From Eutreptiella sp. 'Long Island Sound 2002' (taxonomy: Eukaryota > Protista > Euglenida), in assembly GCA_964036045.1 (NCBI GenBank), contig OZ038378.1, forward strand, positions 141,174,001-141,238,000: a stretch of 64,000 nucleotides of DNA, given 5' to 3'. The notes beneath the pieces are model-generated. The model worked only from the letters and a program-made list of their open reading frames with translations. It was not told where the DNA came from and ran no database searches. Position 1 is the first letter of the stretch, and each line of letters starts with the position of its first letter. Both the position numbers and the translations under genes were made by a program. Positions 60,001 to 64,000 of the stretch are shown here, one piece after another.

Positions 60001-62130
60001 CCAAACCTGGCATTTGCATTCTCTTCCGGGGCTGCAGTGATCTAACCATCTCTTCGAGGTGTTCAACAGTACCGTAAATTCGTAAAAGCATGCCTCAGGG
60101 CCCCCGAACATACTACCAAGCCCCTCACAGGCCAATGCAGAGCAAGTGTGTACCATATACCCCAGTGGAAGGGACACAAATCTGGCTGGTGTGCATGGAG
60201 CCAAACAAGAAGGCTCAAGTGCAAAAAAAAAAAAAAGGTCAAAAAGGAGGTGAAAATATGGCCAAAGCTGCACGAAACAAACTATTCTGATTGCAGAATG
60301 TGTCGACAAGCAAGTAACCTTGCTCATAAACTAAGGGTATTGTCAGGTGCCGTTGGGATGACATAAAAGCCACTGAGTTCTAGTCACTCCTGCACGCATG
60401 TAAGGGGAGAAACATCCTCCAAAATGTGAGTAAATGGCCAAAACAATAAGAAGTGCTGGCCAAGAGTCAGGAAATGGCCACAGTAACTCATGCATATGCG
60501 TGTTCAGCACGTTCGAGATTTACCTCAGCATGTGCTACCATTTGTGTGGCTCAACGTAGAATGTGCCACACAAGCAAGATACCCTCAAGGCAAAGCAATA
60601 AACAGACGACACGTAAACAAGTATACCATGGCCTCAGTATCGTGAAGGAAACACAGCATCGCACTAAAACACATTGCACATTGCGTTGCGAGAAATGCTG
60701 AAAATGGGAGAATGACGGACCACCAGCTTCCCTGTCACTCACAAAAGCATGTTGTGGTGTGGGTCCCAGTGGTTTCCTCAACCCTTTCCTCAAAAACCAC
60801 ACCAGCACACCACAAGAGCAGACCGCATGAGCAAAGACGGCAGCAAACCTGCAATGCATACCTTGCGACGCAACAAAATGACATAGCGCACGCCCTCTAT
60901 GGCTTTGTTCATGGAAGGCGGAAGTGATCCCATCGCTCTTGCTACCTGTCAAGGTGGCCCCCAGACTGATACCGCTACAACGGCGACCCGGCATCAACAT
61001 ACTTCGGACTGTTGGAGGGTGAGTATCGTTGAAACCAAGTGGACGTTATGTGCATGCAATCTGTGCTCTACAGCCTCCAAAAAATGGTACCCCGCACGCA
61101 AAACTGTCATATGCACCCATCTTGTGTCTCCAAGCAGCGAAGATTTGCTAGCACCAGGAGGCCTGGTTGAAAATCAGGTATGCGTCCATCCGAACCCGGA
61201 GAAGCAGCCATGGCACCCACGTGCCGTTGCGGGTTTTGAACGAAGTTCTGAAGTAATCACTTGCATAAAATCGAATGAAACAAATGAAGCGAATGCGAGA
61301 GGGGCTGCGCAGATTAAATGTGCCATTATCTGCGCTACGCCACCTCTCGGGTCGCCCCTAAAGTAGCATCAAGTGTTTGCAGTAGCTTGAGCCTAAGCAA
61401 ATTGACACCATCCCACGCACCAAAGACTTCCCTCGGCAATCAATGCAAATGAAGGCTGGAAAGAGGGGCGCGTGCTGCCCGCCGTGGGCCCAAATCCACC
61501 AGCAGGAAATGGCAAACGCCACCACAGGTGATACCAAACCACTTTATCCTTCGGTACCCTGCCTCAAGCGTAGACCATTTGCGGGCGACGTGCGGGCATG
61601 CGACAGGTTGCCGCCTTGCACGACCAGGTCGCAGAACTCACTGAAGCCGGTCCCCGTGCAGTCCGCCCATTCAAAGCCGCCTTGGACAAGTGAGGCAATG
61701 ATGACCGCCTCCACATGCTCCCACTTGCGCCGCATGGTGTACCCTGCAAGCCGTCCGTTGGGAAACGGACCACAGAACTTTTGGCATCTTGCCAGAGCAC
61801 TTGTGCGTGGGTAGAACCCAAGAGACACGTTGTGGAACTTCAGATGGGCCTTGAGGAGCATTTCGACGTTCATGGAACTGCCGTAGTACGTCCACAAGCG
61901 CCCGTCAAGCAACGCCGCCCAACGACCCAGGTACAGGCCTGCAAGCTTCTTGGGCATTAGGGCAAGCCTGCGTATGCACACCAACATCCACACAGCAACG
62001 GAACAAGGCAGGAAACACAGGGCAGATATTTGGTGCAGGTTATCAGCGACTCCAGGGGGTCGTTTGGGGCCCTGGCCAGCCCCGACTGACCCACCCACCC
62101 ACCCACCCACCCACCCACCCACATCAGACA
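57010..62130 (-). mobile_element. Decayed Mutator-like (MULE) transposon: DDE core, SWIM finger, Cys-rich zinc finger and Ulp1/C48-like protease
   Basis: 60551-61000: SDGIT...FAAVFA...VWFL...PQHAFVSDREAG (MULE D...D). 59133-59336: FCTCATYSTLGICDGILL (SWIM-like). 57972-59114: CGQCNRAVYLWCIFCDGCIHC and IVAQVYNLSNCHWVL...KFDP. Past the TGA at 57972: IQQIDGVSC at 57849-57872 (H-D-Q-C order). Contains stops and frameshifts; ends not defined. Confidence 0.75.
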
Positions 62131-64000
62131 ACTTTTCCTTAGCGGAAAAATGAACTTTACTAAAGAGCCTGGAAATTGGAGGATTTTAGGTACATGAACT
62201 TCTTTTTGCCCCCCAAGTCTGACATTTCATCCTGTGTTGGCTTCCTTACTGGGCCTTGAACAGTCACCTGTTTGCACCTTTGCTGCTCACGCCAGGTTAC
62301 TTTGGCTTGTTTCCTCTGCAGGCCCGTGGCAGCCTTGTCTGGTTTCGCTGTGGGATCCTGACGAGCACCGTGCTGTCCGTGTTGTGCGGCGTCTGGCGTC
62401 CAACGTACCGAGAGGGGCCCAATACTTGGTCCACAGTGGCTGCAGTGGGCACTGTGGGGTGCGCTTCTTAGTTGCAAAGGCCCATCCGCAAGGCCCCCCA
62501 CCTTTTCGCCGCGGCCCCCCTCCACTCCATGGTGTCCACCACTTCTCGGCTGGCTCTCCTGCTGTCCACTGTCGTGGCTGTCCAGTGTGTGATCTATCGC
62601 GGGTTTTGCATGCACTTTGGTTGTGGTGTCCGCAGCTGTCGCAGCTTCTGAGGTCCACCAAGAGCCATGCAGTGTGCCCCAAAGGCGGCGAGCATAGAGA
62701 CACCCCCGCCATCCTCCAGTGCCCCCCAAACGTCGCTCAGGCGGACATAGGCACTGGTTGCCACAGGTGTCGTGTGCGCGCGTGTGGTTGCCACAGGTGT
62801 CGTGTGTGCTTGTGTGGTGGGTCTGATTGGTGCTGCACCATGTTGGCGCCGGTGTCCTTGGTTCGCCCCACCCCAGTTTTGTCGCTGGTCCCTTTCCTGG
62901 GAAACCTAACCACCCCCCCTTGGGGTAGGATGTCTGCCACACTAAGCACTCAAGTTGAACATATTGAGCCAACCCCCCGCCTCAAAAAAAAAAAAACATG
63001 GTGCCTGTCACTGTGCATGCAATGTGCCCCTCTGCATGAGGCATCAAAGGACAGGGTGTCACAAGTGGCGCGTGATGCAACAACATCCTTAAAGTAGCTG
63101 CGGCTGGTTGCTGTCAATGAGAAACACAAATACGTATGTTTTTCAAACGCCTATTTGAATGCCAAGATGGATAAATATTCTTCCTAAAGCCGAGAGGGGG
63201 CACGCTTGTGGGGTGGGAGCGGGTCAATATTGCTTGGCAATATTACCATATACCACGGGTTAGTTTTGCCCCCCCCGCCCGCCCCTTGCCTCCCAAGGAG
63301 CTGCAGTGAGCTTGATAACCTTGGTATGCCTCACCAACAGGGCCAGCGGTGGTATGGAGCCCGGCCTGACAGGTGGCCTCCCATTTCACGACAAAGGTAG
63401 TGCTTTAGGACACATCAAGGCTGGTGACAGGCAAATCTTGGAGGATACCTCCGCGATTCCACAAAGCACAGGAAACTAGCTTGTCAATGGCCTAAAAAAC
63501 CATAGGTGCCTTTCGAAAACACCCCCCCCCCTAGATGTATGGCTAAAATGTGTGGCGGGAATGTCGGTGTAAGGATTTCACCACATGCTCCCCATGGGGG
63601 AGATCGTCACTTAGCAACTGCTTGGGGGCAAGAGGGGAGGGGGGAGGAGGCATAACAAAGGGAGGAGCTACACCGAGGAGAGGGTGTGCATGTGGCACTA
63701 CCAGGCCACTCATGACCCTTGACCCGCAAATCTACGTGGCGTGGCGGGAGGGACAGAATTGCCACGCGACCATCCCCAGTGAGTGTGCTATCAGCCATGA
63801 CTGTCCCCAACTACCACACTGAGGCTATCTGTACCCAACACCACACGTCATGTCATCCCATTCATGACACCTGCTGTGGACATAGGCATAGCAAAGATGT
63901 CATTAGGGCGGTGCATGAAAGATGATTGACGGCTGCGCATAGATCATGTGGCAACCATCACCGCCGCCGCCTTTTTGGTTCCCCCCCTGGTTGCCCTCGG

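Noticed and set aside
60500-62130. KDZ/Zisupton assignment for the Ulp1-carrying element
   Set aside because: Considered because Zisupton also carries SWIM and SUMO-protease domains, but the DG.T...WFL...SDRE pattern and a SWIM C-terminal to the core fit MULE better. Not formally excluded.

Overview
Eukaryotic, repeat-rich, intron-rich nuclear DNA. It is most likely from a euglenid: a near-copy of the euglenid spliced leader lies at 53436-53462, introns are GT-AG, and TTAGGG-type repeats are present. No prokaryotic operons or CRISPR arrays were found. Three minus-strand protein genes can be supported. (1) An EF-hand + WD40 protein (WDR49/EFCAB8-like architecture), exons 10131-10301, 3188-3430 and 1540-1731, continuing towards the left edge. 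(2) An unrecognised coiled-coil protein, seven exons between ~41975 and 22206, 5' end not found. (3) An intact, intronless 693-aa coiled-coil ORF (51301-53382) with an RCLSC motif, preceded by the genomic spliced-leader relic; this is a candidate retroposed (processed) gene and the top finding. Every intron I could join is phase 0. The rest is mobile or repetitive DNA: a decayed Mutator-like transposon carrying SWIM, zinc-finger and Ulp1/SUMO-protease-like modules (with partial copies and a TIR-bounded derivative), a second MULE-like remnant, MITEs, tRNA-like SINE heads, several foldback-like inverted minisatellite arrays, and a 6.7-kb intron filled with a 47-bp hairpin satellite, an 82/164-bp G-rich satellite and (GTGTT)n. 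All family assignments come from motif recognition by eye; no database search was run.
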